DNA of 64,000 nucleotides. Source: Dictyostelium discoideum (lineage: Eukaryota). Positions within the stretch are counted from its first letter, which is position 1. Each line of letters begins with the position of its first letter. The DNA lies in the NCBI GenBank assembly GCA_000004695.1, contig CM000151.3:1248001-1312000 (forward strand), written 5' to 3'. This document shows, one piece after another, positions 46,609 through 58,174 of the stretch. A program made the translations under genes and the position numbers. Below the pieces are notes generated by a model that was not told the origin of the DNA, did no database searches, and saw only the letters and a program-made list of their open reading frames with translations.

Positions 46609-46744
46609 TTTTTTTTTTTTTTTTTTTAATTTTTCATTTTCAAATTTTTTTCATTTTTTTTTTTTAATTACAGTTACAGTTAGACGCAATCAAAAATATA
46701 AAAACACACTTTTTTTTTTTTTTTTTTTTTTTTTTTTGTAAAAT

Positions 46745-48604
46745 ATGAGTTCAAACGAAACTCTTCCAAATTCAGAACAAGAAAATAATAGTAAAACTGA
46801 TACCAAAAATGATAATAAAAATATAGGTGATGAAAACAAAATAATCGATACAGATAAAGATATGAAAGACAATGATACCATAAATGGTAAAGAGAATGGC
46901 AACATAAACATAAATAGTAATAATAACAATAATAATAATATTGATACAGATAAGGAAATGAAAGAAACTTCCTCAATTGAGGAAGATGATAATAATAATA
47001 ATAAAAACCAAAACAACAATAATAATAATAATATTAAAGAGGAGAACGATAATTTAACCGAACTCAAAAATAATAATAATAAAGAAAATAAAGAAAATAA
47101 AGAAGAAACAATTAAAGAGGATAAAGAAAAAGAGAATAATAAAGAACCTGTAAAAAATAAAGAAGAAACAAACAATATAAATAATAATAATAATAAAAAT
47201 AATAATAGTGACAATATAAATAATAATAATAATAATAATAGTAAAGAAACATTAAATAAAATATCATCAATGTCAAAAGTATCATTAACAAGTGAAAGTT
47301 CAGAGATTAACGGTCAAGTGAATACGGGTGTAGTTAATAACAATACAAATATAGATATCACACAAACCAATCTTGATGAGCCAAGAGATTCAAGAGTAAT
47401 AAAATCAATTTTAAAAACTATGGGTATTCAAGCTCATGAGCCAAGAGTTGTTAACCAACTCTTAGAATTTATGTATAAATATGTTTTTGAGGTATTACAA
47501 GACGCAATGATATATGGTGAACATTCAGGAAAGACTGATATTGATGTATCAGATGTTAGATTATCAATTCAATCGAGAGTTAATTATCAAATTTCAACAC
47601 CACCACCAAGGGAGCTATTATTATCAATAGCCGAAGAAAAGAATAAAACACCATTACCACCCATTCCAAATAGATATGGTGTGTTTTTACCACCTGATGA
47701 ATATTGTTTAACCAATCCAAACTATCAAGCAAATCCAACAAAACCTGTATTTCAACCTGTTCAACCATTGGTTGGAAATACTTCACGTGGTAATTATAAT
47801 AAAAAACAATCTGATAAACAAGTTTCAATTAAATTTAATTCAATGTCAAATAATTCTACTACTACTACTACAACTACACCACCAACTATTGGTAGTCAAA
47901 ATGGTACAACAATCGTTTCACCTCCAAATTTAGGTAGTTTAGGAACTACAACAACTACTACTACTACTACAATTACACCACCCCCACCAATTTTACCATT
48001 ATCATCTAATATTAAACCACCAACATTATCAATTCCATCATCAATTACATCACCACCAACAGTAACTACAAAAAATACATCCACACCAATCATTGGATTG
48101 GGTTCTACTACTGTTGCACCACCTAAAACTTCTTCTTCCTCTTCAACAATCGCTCCACCTGTATTGTCATTACCAACTTCAATCACTTCACCACCAACTG
48201 TAACTGCTTCCTCAACAACAACAACCACAACAGCACCTACAACAACATCACCAACCATTCCATCTTTATCATCACCAACTACAGCAGCAACAACAATTAC
48301 TGTAAAGAAAGAGGATGTAAAAATGGATGATTTTGATGATTTTGATGGTCAAATGAAAGATGACATAACACCATCATCAACACCACAACAACCATCACAA
48401 CCAACAGAATCAGAAACAACAACAACTGCGACAGCAACAACAACACCTGCTGTAACAACAACAACAATACCACCAACAACAACTTCAACCACACCACCAA
48501 CAACAGCAACAACCTCAACAACACCACCACCATCAACAACAACTACTTCAACACCACCAACAACTTCAACAACACCACCTCCACAAATAAAAGAAGAAAA
48601 ATAA
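46745..48604 (+). CDS. taf9: TFIID subunit TAF9 (histone-fold), single exon
   Basis: VIKSILKTMGIQAHEPRVVNQLLEFMYKYVFEVLQDAMIYGEHSGKTDIDVSDVRLSIQSRVNYQISTPPPRELLLSIAEEKNKTPLPPIPNRYGVFLPPDEYCLTNPNYQ is collinear with the TAF9 histone-fold plus conserved region. The N-terminus is N/K/E-rich and the C-terminus is T/S/P-rich. Confidence 0.85.
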   Translation: MSSNETLPNSEQENNSKTDTKNDNKNIGDENKIIDTDKDMKDNDTINGKENGNININSNNNNNNNIDTDKEMKETSSIEEDDNNNNKNQNNNNNNNIKEENDNLTELKNNNNKENKENKEETIKEDKEKENNKEPVKNKEETNNINNNNNKNNNSDNINNNNNNNSKETLNKISSMSKVSLTSESSEINGQVNTGVVNNNTNIDITQTNLDEPRDSRVIKSILKTMGIQAHEPRVVNQLLEFMYKYVFEVLQDAMIYGEHSGKTDIDVSDVRLSIQSRVNYQISTPPPRELLLSIAEEKNKTPLPPIPNRYGVFLPPDEYCLTNPNYQANPTKPVFQPVQPLVGNTSRGNYNKKQSDKQVSIKFNSMSNNSTTTTTTTPPTIGSQNGTTIVSPPNLGSLGTTTTTTTTTITPPPPILPLSSNIKPPTLSIPSSITSPPTVTTKNTSTPIIGLGSTTVAPPKTSSSSSTIAPPVLSLPTSITSPPTVTASSTTTTTTAPTTTSPTIPSLSSPTTAATTITVKKEDVKMDDFDDFDGQMKDDITPSSTPQQPSQPTESETTTTATATTTPAVTTTTIPPTTTSTTPPTTATTSTTPPPSTTTTSTPPTTSTTPPPQIKEEK

Positions 48605-48712
48605 ATAGAAATTAAATCATTTATATTTATTCATATCATATTATATATATTTATAATAAAAAAAAATAAAAAAAAGAAAAAAATAAAAAAAAAAAAACTT
48701 TAAATTATTTTT

Positions 48713-50183
48713 TTAGTGTAAACCATTTCCATTTCCATTTCCATTTCCATTTCCATTTCCATTTTCATTTTCATTTCCATTTCCATTTCCATTACCATTC
48801 GTAATTTCATTTCCATTTGTTTTTCCATTTGTATTAGTATTTGTATTTTGAAGTTTATTTTCACAACCTGGACAATTATGTAATGATTCATGTATAAATA
48901 GATCACAATCTAAACAAAATATCTCTTGACAACGTGGACATGAAAAAAATAAAGATAATATTGATTTCTCTGATGATGATAAACAACCTATACATGTTAC
49001 ATTTTTATTTAATTCCCTATTATAATAATAATAATGATAATAATTAAGATTAATATAATTATTAATTAATATAAATAAAAATAATAATATAAAACACTTA
49101 CTTCCAATTAACTTCATTAAATAAAGGTATTTGAAATAAATGATGATATGATCTTGCTAAATGAGGTGAAGAAACTAAAGAAAGATTACAAATTTGACAA
49201 TCAGTTGGTAATTCACAAGATTTAACACCACAACGTGGACATATGTAGCCAGAGTATTTCATTTTCTCATGACAAATACAAGGTGATGGTACAGTGGAAG
49301 TGATTTGTTGAGGAAAACCCATTTCAACCAAAGCTGCTTCAGTTTTACCAATGGTTGGTGGTGGTTGACATTTTAACATTAAACTTTCATTGAAATGTTC
49401 TTCATTTAGAATTACTTTTGAGGTACCATTAGTTTGTTCTGCTATAGCCTTACAAATGTATAGTTCGGCAGCCATATGAATGAATGAAACTCTAATGGAT
49501 TCATTCTTTAATGATTGAATTGTTTTTTGTAATGATGAAGGATCGCATGTCGTCAATGATGAGAATATGAATAACACTTCCCTACTACCATACTTTGGTA
49601 CATAGCATAGTGATGATAGTGCAACCTCTAATGAATTTTGAATTGATGGTTCACCTTCCATCGCTATGGCATCTTTCATAGCTTGTATATGTCTTAATCG
49701 GTTACCTGATAGTTCAGAGATTTTCTCTGCTTTACTGTTTTTTGTGATGATAATTGATAATTGTGAGATTGGATTTTGGTCGAAAAATTCCTTTATAAAG
49801 AGTTCAACATTTTGTAAAAGCACTTGATAACGTGATGGTTTTAAATCTTGATTGGATAACGTCTTTGAAAGATCCAATATCAAACATAAATGTCTTTGCA
49901 TACCTCTTCGTACACGTTGATCTTGACTTAATATACCATCCCTATCTTTATTTTTTAATCTACGATTACGTGTATTCCTCTCCTCTTGATTCGATGGTCT
50001 TAATCCATGTTCATCTTCATCTATTGTTAACCATGTCTTTTCAAATCGATTCTCCCATTTATATTTATTTGTTCCATCTTCATCATTGGTTTGTAATACA
50101 TGTGCTGGCCCATCTTCATCATCATATAATGATCTATTGGTCCTTTTATTTTGTGCATTGTTATTATATATATTCTTACTCAT
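48713..50183 (-). CDS. gtf2h2: General transcription factor IIH subunit 2 (p44/Ssl1), two exons: 50183..49102 and 49016..48713
   Basis: It has a vWA-like domain, a C4 zinc finger (CICHEKMKYSGYICPRCGVKSCELPTDCQICNLSL) and a C-terminal RING-like finger (CIGCLSS..CPRCQEIFCLDCDLFIHESLHNCPGC). Intron 49101..49017 (GTAAGT..TTATAG) resolves the overlap between the two track ORFs. The (NG)n tail comes from an (AATGGA)n array. Confidence 0.85.
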
Positions 50184-50774
50184 TTCTATTTTATATATAT
50201 ATTTATATTTTTTTTTTTTTTTTTTTAAATGAATATGAAAAAAAAAAAAAAAAAAATAAAATTAGTGAAAAAAAAAAAAATTAAAAAAAAAAAAAAAAAA
50301 AAAAATATACAAATAAATAAAATTGAAAAAATTATATAAATAAAATTTTAAATAGATACAATGAAGGAATTGAATTATAATATTATAAATTTAAAATTTT
50401 AAAAAAATCTGATCCAAGTATTTTATTCTTAAAAAATTAATTCTTTTAATTTAAAAAATTAATAAAAAAATAAAAATTGTTTTTTTTTTATTTTTTTTTT
50501 ATTTTATTTTTATTTTTATTTTTATTTTTTTTTTTTTTTAATACACACGAAAGAAAACACCACACAAAATTTTTTTTTTTTTTTTTTTTATTTATTTTAA
50601 AATTTATTTATATTTAACACAATAAAAAAAAACAAATAAACAATTAAAAAAATTATATATAAAACATCCGATTTATAAATAATAATAATTTTTAGGTTTA
50701 ATTAAATAGTATCAGAAATAAACTATACAATTTACACATATAGAGTATAGTTTAAATAAATAACAATATATAAA

Positions 50775-51620
50775 ATGAATAATTTTATGATAAAATGTGT
50801 ATCAAATGCAGTATTCAAATTTATAGGAGTTAGAAGGTTAGCAAGTTTTGCGGCTCTATCAATTGGTCCCAAAATAGTAGATCATACAGTAAATAAAGTG
50901 ACAGGAGGTTTAATACCTGTTCAAGTTGTTAGATTACTTCGTACCTCTTTATCTTATGCTCCATTGGCTGTTGTAATGGGTACAAGTGGTGCAACAGGTG
51001 GTGTTGCTCCAGTTGCTTCTGCTGTTACCTATTATATTTTAGTTCAAGTTTCGGAAAGTAAGATATTATTATAAATTCAATATTATTATTAATAATAATA
51101 ATAATAATAATTAATAATACCATTTTATAATTTATACTAATAAAATATATTATTAGCATTATGTATGTTATTAGTCAGAGAAGCAACAGGTGCAACATTT
51201 AGAGGGGTAAAATATGTAGTATCGTCAACCTACAATACAATTACAGGTAAAGATAGAAGAGAAGAAAAAATGGTAGATATAGAGTTAGAAAGTTGGGTAT
51301 TTTTAGAAAAAGAGGAAATTCCAGTTGAAGAATTTTCACCTGAAAAGGTAAAAGAGGTTGAAAACTATTTTAATTCAATAGAATTAGATAGATTAGGTGT
51401 AGATAGTGAAAATAATAATCATATGAATGACAATAACAATAACAACAACATTATAAATAATGGCCAACAAATTAATATAAATAACAGTTATTATCAAGCA
51501 AAAGATCCAAAAGAAATGGAAGAAATTTTAACAAATTTAAATAACAATATAAAACTAGATAAATTAGAAAAAACAAATATTAGAAGTAGTAATAATCTCG
51601 ATGATTTCATTCTATTGTAA
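50775..51620 (+). CDS. Small hydrophobic (two or three TM-like segments) protein of unknown family, two exons: 50775..51057 and 51157..51620
   Basis: Intron 51058..51156 (GTAAGA..TATTAG) joins ..ILVQVSE|T|LCMLLVREATGATFRGVKYVV in frame. The N-terminal half is Gly/Ala/Val-rich and hydrophobic. The C-terminal half is acidic and N-rich. Confidence 0.55.
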
Positions 51621-52432
51621 AATTAAAACTAAAAAAAAAAAAAAAAACGACTGTAACCAAGCATTTACATGTATATAATAACAATTTAAAATAAAAATTA
51701 TAATAATAATAAAATATTATTATCCAATACCTTTTTTTTATTTATCTTTTTTTTTTTAAACAACTAATGACCCATCTAAAAAAAACAGATTTAAATTTAT
51801 AAACCTGTTTTTTTTTTTAACAACGAATGATGCCCATAAATTTAAAATGAACCAGACGAACCAACTTACTGCTCACTTAAACCCTAAAATACATAATCTA
51901 TAATTAATATTAGTAACAACAAATACCTCAACCCAAAAAAAAAAAAAAAAAAAAAGAGTCCAAAAACCAAAAAAAATTAAAAAACATATTATCATTATTA
52001 TTTTTTTATTTTTTTTTCGTATTAATTAATATGCAGGTGCGTCTTTTTTGTTTTGTTGGTTATGTGGCAACAGAATGTTAAAAAAAAGGTTAACAATTAA
52101 AACAATTTTCTGATAAATATCTAGTCATTTATTTTTTTTTTTTAAAAAAAAACAGATCCCATATCATAAAAACAACTCGATTTCAAAAGTAAAAAAAAAA
52201 AAAAAGATTCACAGGTCGGAAAATAATAAAAAAAGGTTCACAGGTCGGAAAAAATAAAGATATTTTCTCACAGCAGAAGATATTTTTTTTTTTTTGGGTA
52301 TTCTTTTCATTTTTTTTTTTATTTTTTGGTATTCTTTTCATTTTTTTTTTTATCTGGTAATAATATGATGTGTCATTTTTTTTTTTTTTTTTCATTTTGT
52401 TTTTTAATTATTTTTTAGTATATAGATTTTAA

Positions 52433-52831
52433 ATGGGGAAATTTTTTATTTGTTTTTTGATGTGTTCAATGTTTTTTTGTTTTGTTAATTGTGTTGAACC
52501 TCCAAAAGATGAATATGACTGTTTCTTTAATTTTATTACAAAAATAAACCTTTTTTCATTCTTTCCAAAAATCAATGCCACTCACTATAATTTTTGTTCA
52601 GTTAATATTAAGTGTGATGAAGTTACTGGAACAATAAAAGAGTTTGTATTTTATTTTTATTTTATTTTATTTTATTTTATTTTATTTTTTATATTATTTT
52701 AACAAACTTTATTAAATATAATTTATTTTATAGTGTTACTATATTAAACACATTAACTAGTGGATATAACAACCAAGCAATACTGCCAACAGATTTAGCG
52801 TGTCTTCCTAATTTTAGTAGAATGTATGTAT

Positions 52832-52868
<37 letters not shown>

Positions 52869-55800
52869 CCTATTAAACGTCATAATATAATATATAGATT
52901 TTTACAAAATTTAAATATTTCAAAAGAACTTGTATTTTATCAATTCCCACAAACAATTTATGAAGTAACATATAATTATGAAAACTATGCTTGTAGTCCA
53001 ATTGATCAAAAATTACCTGATATTCCATCTTTGTAAGTATACGGATATATTTTTTTTTTTTTTTTTTTTTTTGATTAAATAAAAAAGTAATCTAAAATAA
53101 TATTTTATTTTTAGTTTTTTTTATTGTAAATCCATTTCCGGAACAAGAATAAAAATGTCACACATAATGAATCAGAGACTTTTTAATTTAAAATATAGTT
53201 ACGTATATTTTGAAAACGATGTTATTGCAACGCATAATATCTCAATGGTTGCGTTTACAGCAACTTCATTAAACTTTGCAGACTTTTCAAACTTTAAGAG
53301 TTTACAAACTTTCTCAATGTATTTTAATCAAGATTTTGTAATTTCATCAATCCAAAACTTTTCAACAATTATTGCAAATTCCATACAAATAGAGCACGAC
53401 ACAGGTATTTTGTATCCATTTTATATACCATTAAATAATTTCACTCAATTACTAGCAATAACCGCACTTTTTGAAAAACCAATTTCATTAATAAATCTTT
53501 CAACTTATGGTTTTAAGCAACTGCATCTTTTGCATGTTGGAAACGAGTTTAATTTAAATGGTGAGATTCCGATAATTCCACCTCATGATTGCTATTTTTT
53601 AGTATACTATGGCAATTTTAATGTATTTCCAAATTTTTCAATTATTACAGGATCTTTTGGTTCTTATCAGTCAAACTTTTCAATTACTTTACCACCATAT
53701 TCAGGTAAAGGTGCAATGATCTCTTTAATAAACAATAACCTTATTGGAACAATTGATGAATCTTGGTGTAATGTCAATTTGGTAATTTATAAAAATAAAT
53801 TAACAGGGTATGTTTAAAAAAATATATAAATTGCGCAAATTTAACTATCTAACTTTTTTTTTTTTTTCAATTAATAGAAAAATACCTTCATGTTTTACTT
53901 GTTATTTTTCAGATCCCTCTATATTTAATTATTTTTCTGGTAACCAATTTACAAACTACAACCAATCAATTGGATGTTCTGAATTTGCACCAAGATTTCA
54001 ATTATTGGACATTTCAACCAAAACTTTCCGTGTAACAGGTATTAATATAGGTTTTTATCCTAATAATTGGTTATTAAACTCAGTTGATTCCCCATATAGT
54101 ACTCAAATTATCTCAATGGGGTATGAATATGTTGTGATGTACTTATTTTCAATAATACCAAGTCCAAAATACTTTAATGTTACATTTGTGCATCCAGCAC
54201 CATCACGAACAATATCATTCCCTCTTGGTTATCAATTCCCAAATCCAACAGGTATAAAAATAACAGCAAATCAATTAATAATTACAGGTGAACTATTTTC
54301 AAGTTATATGGGTTACTCAGATCAATCAGTCCAATTTGAAGAAACATCTACTAATTGTACAATAAAAGATGGTAATTTCTTTAATATAACTTGTGAATTT
54401 GTACCATCATCTATTTCTACCTTAACATACCCAACAATCATTAAAATTAAAAATGATAATTTAACACCTAAATCAAATTCCATGTCCTAATAATTGCGAT
54501 GATATTAATAATAGTATTTGTGATCTTTCTAAGGGTATTTGTGTCCCACCTTGTAAAAATGATTGTGGAATATTCGGTGAATGTAATGATCAAACTGGAG
54601 AGTGTGATTGTGATTCAAACCATCAAGGTCCAAATTGTTCTGTACCATTTAAACAATGTCCAACAGGTTCAAATTCTTTAATTTGTAGTAGTGCAGATTA
54701 CAATATGTGTAACAATCAAACTGGTATTTGTACATGTTCTCCTAGTCAACAAGGTCAAAATTGTTCATTACCATTTAAACAATGTCCAGTTGGCTCGGAT
54801 TCTTTAATATGTAGTGGAGGTAATAACAATTGTAATAATCAAACAGGTATTTGTTATTGTGATTCAAACCATCAAGGATCTGCTTGTTCAATACCATTTA
54901 AACAATGTCCAGTTGGTTTGGATTCTTTAATTTGTAGTGGAGGTGACAATAATTGTAATAATCAAACTGGTGTTTGTACTTGTTCTCCAAGTCAACAAGG
55001 CTCTGATTGCTCATTACCATTTAAACAATGCCCAGTTGGTTTAGATTCATTAGTATGTAGTGGAGATTACAACAACTGTAATAATCAAACAGGTATTTGT
55101 TATTGTGATATTAAATTTACAAATGATGATTGTTCAAAACCAAATCAATATATATCATCTGTTTCACCATCGACCACAAATGGAGGTGAGGCATCATTTT
55201 TTGGTTGGTTTGGAGATATTCATTCAAATCCATCATTATTAATTGGAGCTCAACAATGTCAACCAATAACATATAATTCTTCAATCGAAATTAGATGTAT
55301 TGCACCACCAGGTAATGGAGTATATGATATTACTTTTAATCAAAATGATATCATGTATCAATTAAGAAATGGTTATAGTTACCTTGAAATTTTTAAAAAT
55401 TGTCCAAACAATTGTACAAATTCAAATCAAGGAAATTGCAATACTTCAAATGGAGAATGTAATTGTATAAACAATTACTATTCATTCGATTGTAGTTTAA
55501 AAAGAAATAATAACACAGGTGGTAACAATGGTGGTAACAATGGTGGTAACAATGGTGGTAACAATGGTGGTAATCCCTCGATTGATCCATCAACAGGTGG
55601 AACTAATATTACTGATAATCAAGTAAATTTCCAAATTTATTTTAAAAATTTATTTGAAATTGATTTCAACGGTAATATTGTAAATCAATATTCATTGCAA
55701 AGTAATTGGACTCTCAATAAGACTAAAGATTCACAAGAAAATAATATTTACAAATTAACACAAATCATTCAACAATCATGTGAAATTGTAACATTGATAG

Positions 55801-56396
55801 AAGAAGTTTCAACATCTAAACAATATTCATTTGCAGGCTCAACATTCACATTAGATGCTGGTTCAATTAAATTAACAATTTCGATATCAAATTATATTTA
55901 TAATAGCAGTTTAAATACATTACAACTTCAATTAATATCATCAGTAGATAATGAAAGTGAAGGATCAGATTGTAATATTAAACAAGTTTCTACAAATGAA
56001 ACCAATACATCCTCATTTAAATATATTAAAATTTCAAAAGATAATAGAGTCCTTCAAGGTAGATTCATTAATCAAATACTATCAGATGGAAGACCAACAT
56101 ATTTATCAATTGATGTTAATAATAATGGTAATTCAGTAATTGCAACATTAAATCTACCACATTTTGTAAACCAATCAATTATCGATCCAGACTTTTCAGT
56201 TTTACTCGAAACTGATTTTAAATCGGAATGTGACAATAAAAACTCTCGTAAATGGTTAATACCAGTTGCTGTGGCAGTCCCAATCGTTGGTCTTTGTTCT
56301 ATTGGAGTGATTGTATATTTTTTATATAGAAAACATTTTGTTGAAATACCTCTAAAAGTTAAATTACAAAGTATTGGAAATAAAATAAATAAATAA
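52433..56396 (+). CDS. Copy 1 of a paralog family: signal peptide, plant-type LRR, EGF-like Cys repeats, single TM. Multi-exon. It carries a frameshifting indel near 54462 and may be a pseudogene.
   Basis: Exons:
- A: 52433..~52641, signal peptide MGKFFICFLMCSMFFCFVNC.
- B: 52734..52823.
- C: 52898..53032.
- D: 53115..53807, LRRs (LHLLHVGNEFNLNGEIPIIPP, LINNNLIGTIDESW).
- E: 53877 onward.
Donors include GTATGT and GTAAGT. Relative to copy 2, 36 nt (..RRVIVNPLIGQL..) are replaced by 4 nt at about 54462, which shifts the frame: frame 2 stops at 54490 and frame 0 reopens at 54465. Frame 0 then runs through the (CNNQTGxCxC..PFKQCPVG..LICSG)x5 repeats, the TM (WLIPVAVAVPIVGLCSIGVIVYFLY) and the stop at 56396. 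The exon A donor phase is uncertain. Confidence 0.6.
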
Positions 56397-57299
56397 AAAA
56401 CCTTTACATTAAAATGTAAATCGTCCCTCATATTTTATTTTATATTTTAATTTATTTGTAAATCATTTGAAAAAAAAAAAAAAGAAAAAAAACAGACTGG
56501 ATACATACTTTAGTTTTTATATTTTATATTATTTTGTATTTTTGGTTGAGTTTCTTTTTTTAAATACTAAATTCATATTAAAAATTAAATCATTTGATTT
56601 TTTTTATTTTAAGTGTATATATTATTATTATAATTATTATTATTTTATTTTATTTTTTTCGGATTAAACTTTGATAAAAAAAATGTAATAAATATGAATT
56701 TTGTGTGTAATTTTTTTTTTTTTTACACAAGCAATACAAAACAAAGCTTTTTTTCCAATTTTTTTTATATTTGTCGAGCAATAAAAAAAAAAAAAAAAAG
56801 CAGCTGAAAATCAAATAAAATTAAAAAAATAATTATTTTTTTTCCTCGTCTTGCTTGATTAATATTCAGATATGACTCAATAATTATCTTTTTTTTTTAT
56901 GAAATTTTGTTTTTATTTTTTTTTCTCCTCTTGCTTAATTGATATGCAGATATGACCTAATAAGAAGAGATATTGAATTTTTTTCCATAGATTGTATCAC
57001 CAAAAGAATCTATTTATGTTTGATTTGGAAAGACACTAAATTTAAAAAAAAAAAAAAAATAATTATTAAGTGCAAAAAAAAAAGATATTATAACAAAAAA
57101 AAAAAAAAAAATGGAAAAAAAAATCAAAAAAAAAAAAATCTTTTTTTATGTGCGACAACTATTTATTTTTTAAAAATGATATGGGATCTGTTTTTTTTTT
57201 TTTTTTTTTTTTAAAAAAATCTTTTTTTTTAAAATATTTGAGGTTTTTTACGAAACATTTTTTTTTATATTTTATTTTCACAAAATAAAAAATAAGCCA

Positions 57300-57348
57300 A
57301 AAAATACCCATTGCGTTATAATATGATGTGGCTTAAAAGAATTTTTTT

Positions 57349-57384
<36 letters not shown>

Positions 57385-57873
57385 TTTTTTAATTTTTATT
57401 TAGTATATAGATTTTATATTTTTGTAATAAAATTAAAGAAACAGTCATATTCATCTTTTGGAGGTTCAACACAATTAACAAAACAAAAAAACATTGAACA
57501 CATCAAAAAACAAATAAAAAATTTCCCCATTTAAAATCTATATACTAAAAAATAATTAAAAAACAAAATGAAAAAAAAAAAAAAAAATGACACATCATAT
57601 TATTACCAGATAAAAAAAAAAATGAAAAGAATACCAAAAAATAAAAAAAAAAATGAAAAGAATACCCAAAAAAAAAAAAATATCTTCTGCTGTGAGAAAA
57701 TATCTTTATTTTTTCCGACCTGTGAACCTTTTTTTATTATTTTCCGACCTGTGAATCTTTTTTTTTTTTTTTACTTTTGAAATCGAGTTGTTTTTATGAT
57801 ATGGGATCTGTTTTTTTTTAAAAAAAAAAAATAAATGACTAGATATTTATCAGAAAATTGTTTTAATTGTTAA
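57300..57873. repeat. Rearranged 5' region of paralog copy 2. A segment homologous to the copy-1 promoter plus signal-peptide exon is present in inverted orientation, flanked by inverted repeats of about 100 bp.
   Basis: 57417..57526 is the reverse complement of copy-1 52433..52548 (the ATG and signal-peptide coding sequence). 57527..57873 is the reverse complement of copy-1 ~52087..52432. 57311..57416 matches copy-1 52340..52432 in direct orientation. This creates inverted repeats at 57311..57416 and 57527..57640 (about 85% identity, including the shared 17-mer tagtatatagattttaa) around a 110-bp core. The junction ttaattgttaa|aaatcaatgcc lies inside exon A. Confidence 0.8.
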
Positions 57874-58142
57874 AAATCAATGCCACTCACTATAATTTTT
57901 GTTCAGGTAATATTAAGTGTGATGAAGTTACTGGAACAATAAAAGAGTTTGTATTTTATTTTTATTTTTTATTTTTTATTTTTTATATTTTTTATATTTT
58001 TTATATTATTTTAACAAACTTTATTAAATATAATTTATTTTTTAGTGTTACTATATTAAACACCTTAATTAGTGGATATAATAACCAATCAATATTGCCA
58101 ACAGATTTAGCGTGTCTTCCTAATTTTAGTAGGATGTATGTA

Positions 58143-58174
<32 letters not shown>

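Noticed and set aside
52183-52395. Identical 70-aa K-rich ORFs at 52183..52395(-) and 57568..57780(+)
   Set aside because: Both are the same A-rich non-coding promoter segment. Their identity reflects the inverted duplication, not a conserved protein.
54499-54681. ORFs 54499..54681 and 59833..60015 (MILIIVFVIF..)
   Set aside because: They are the wrong frame across the Cys-rich repeat exon of the paralogs. The correct frame gives the CNNQTGxC repeats.
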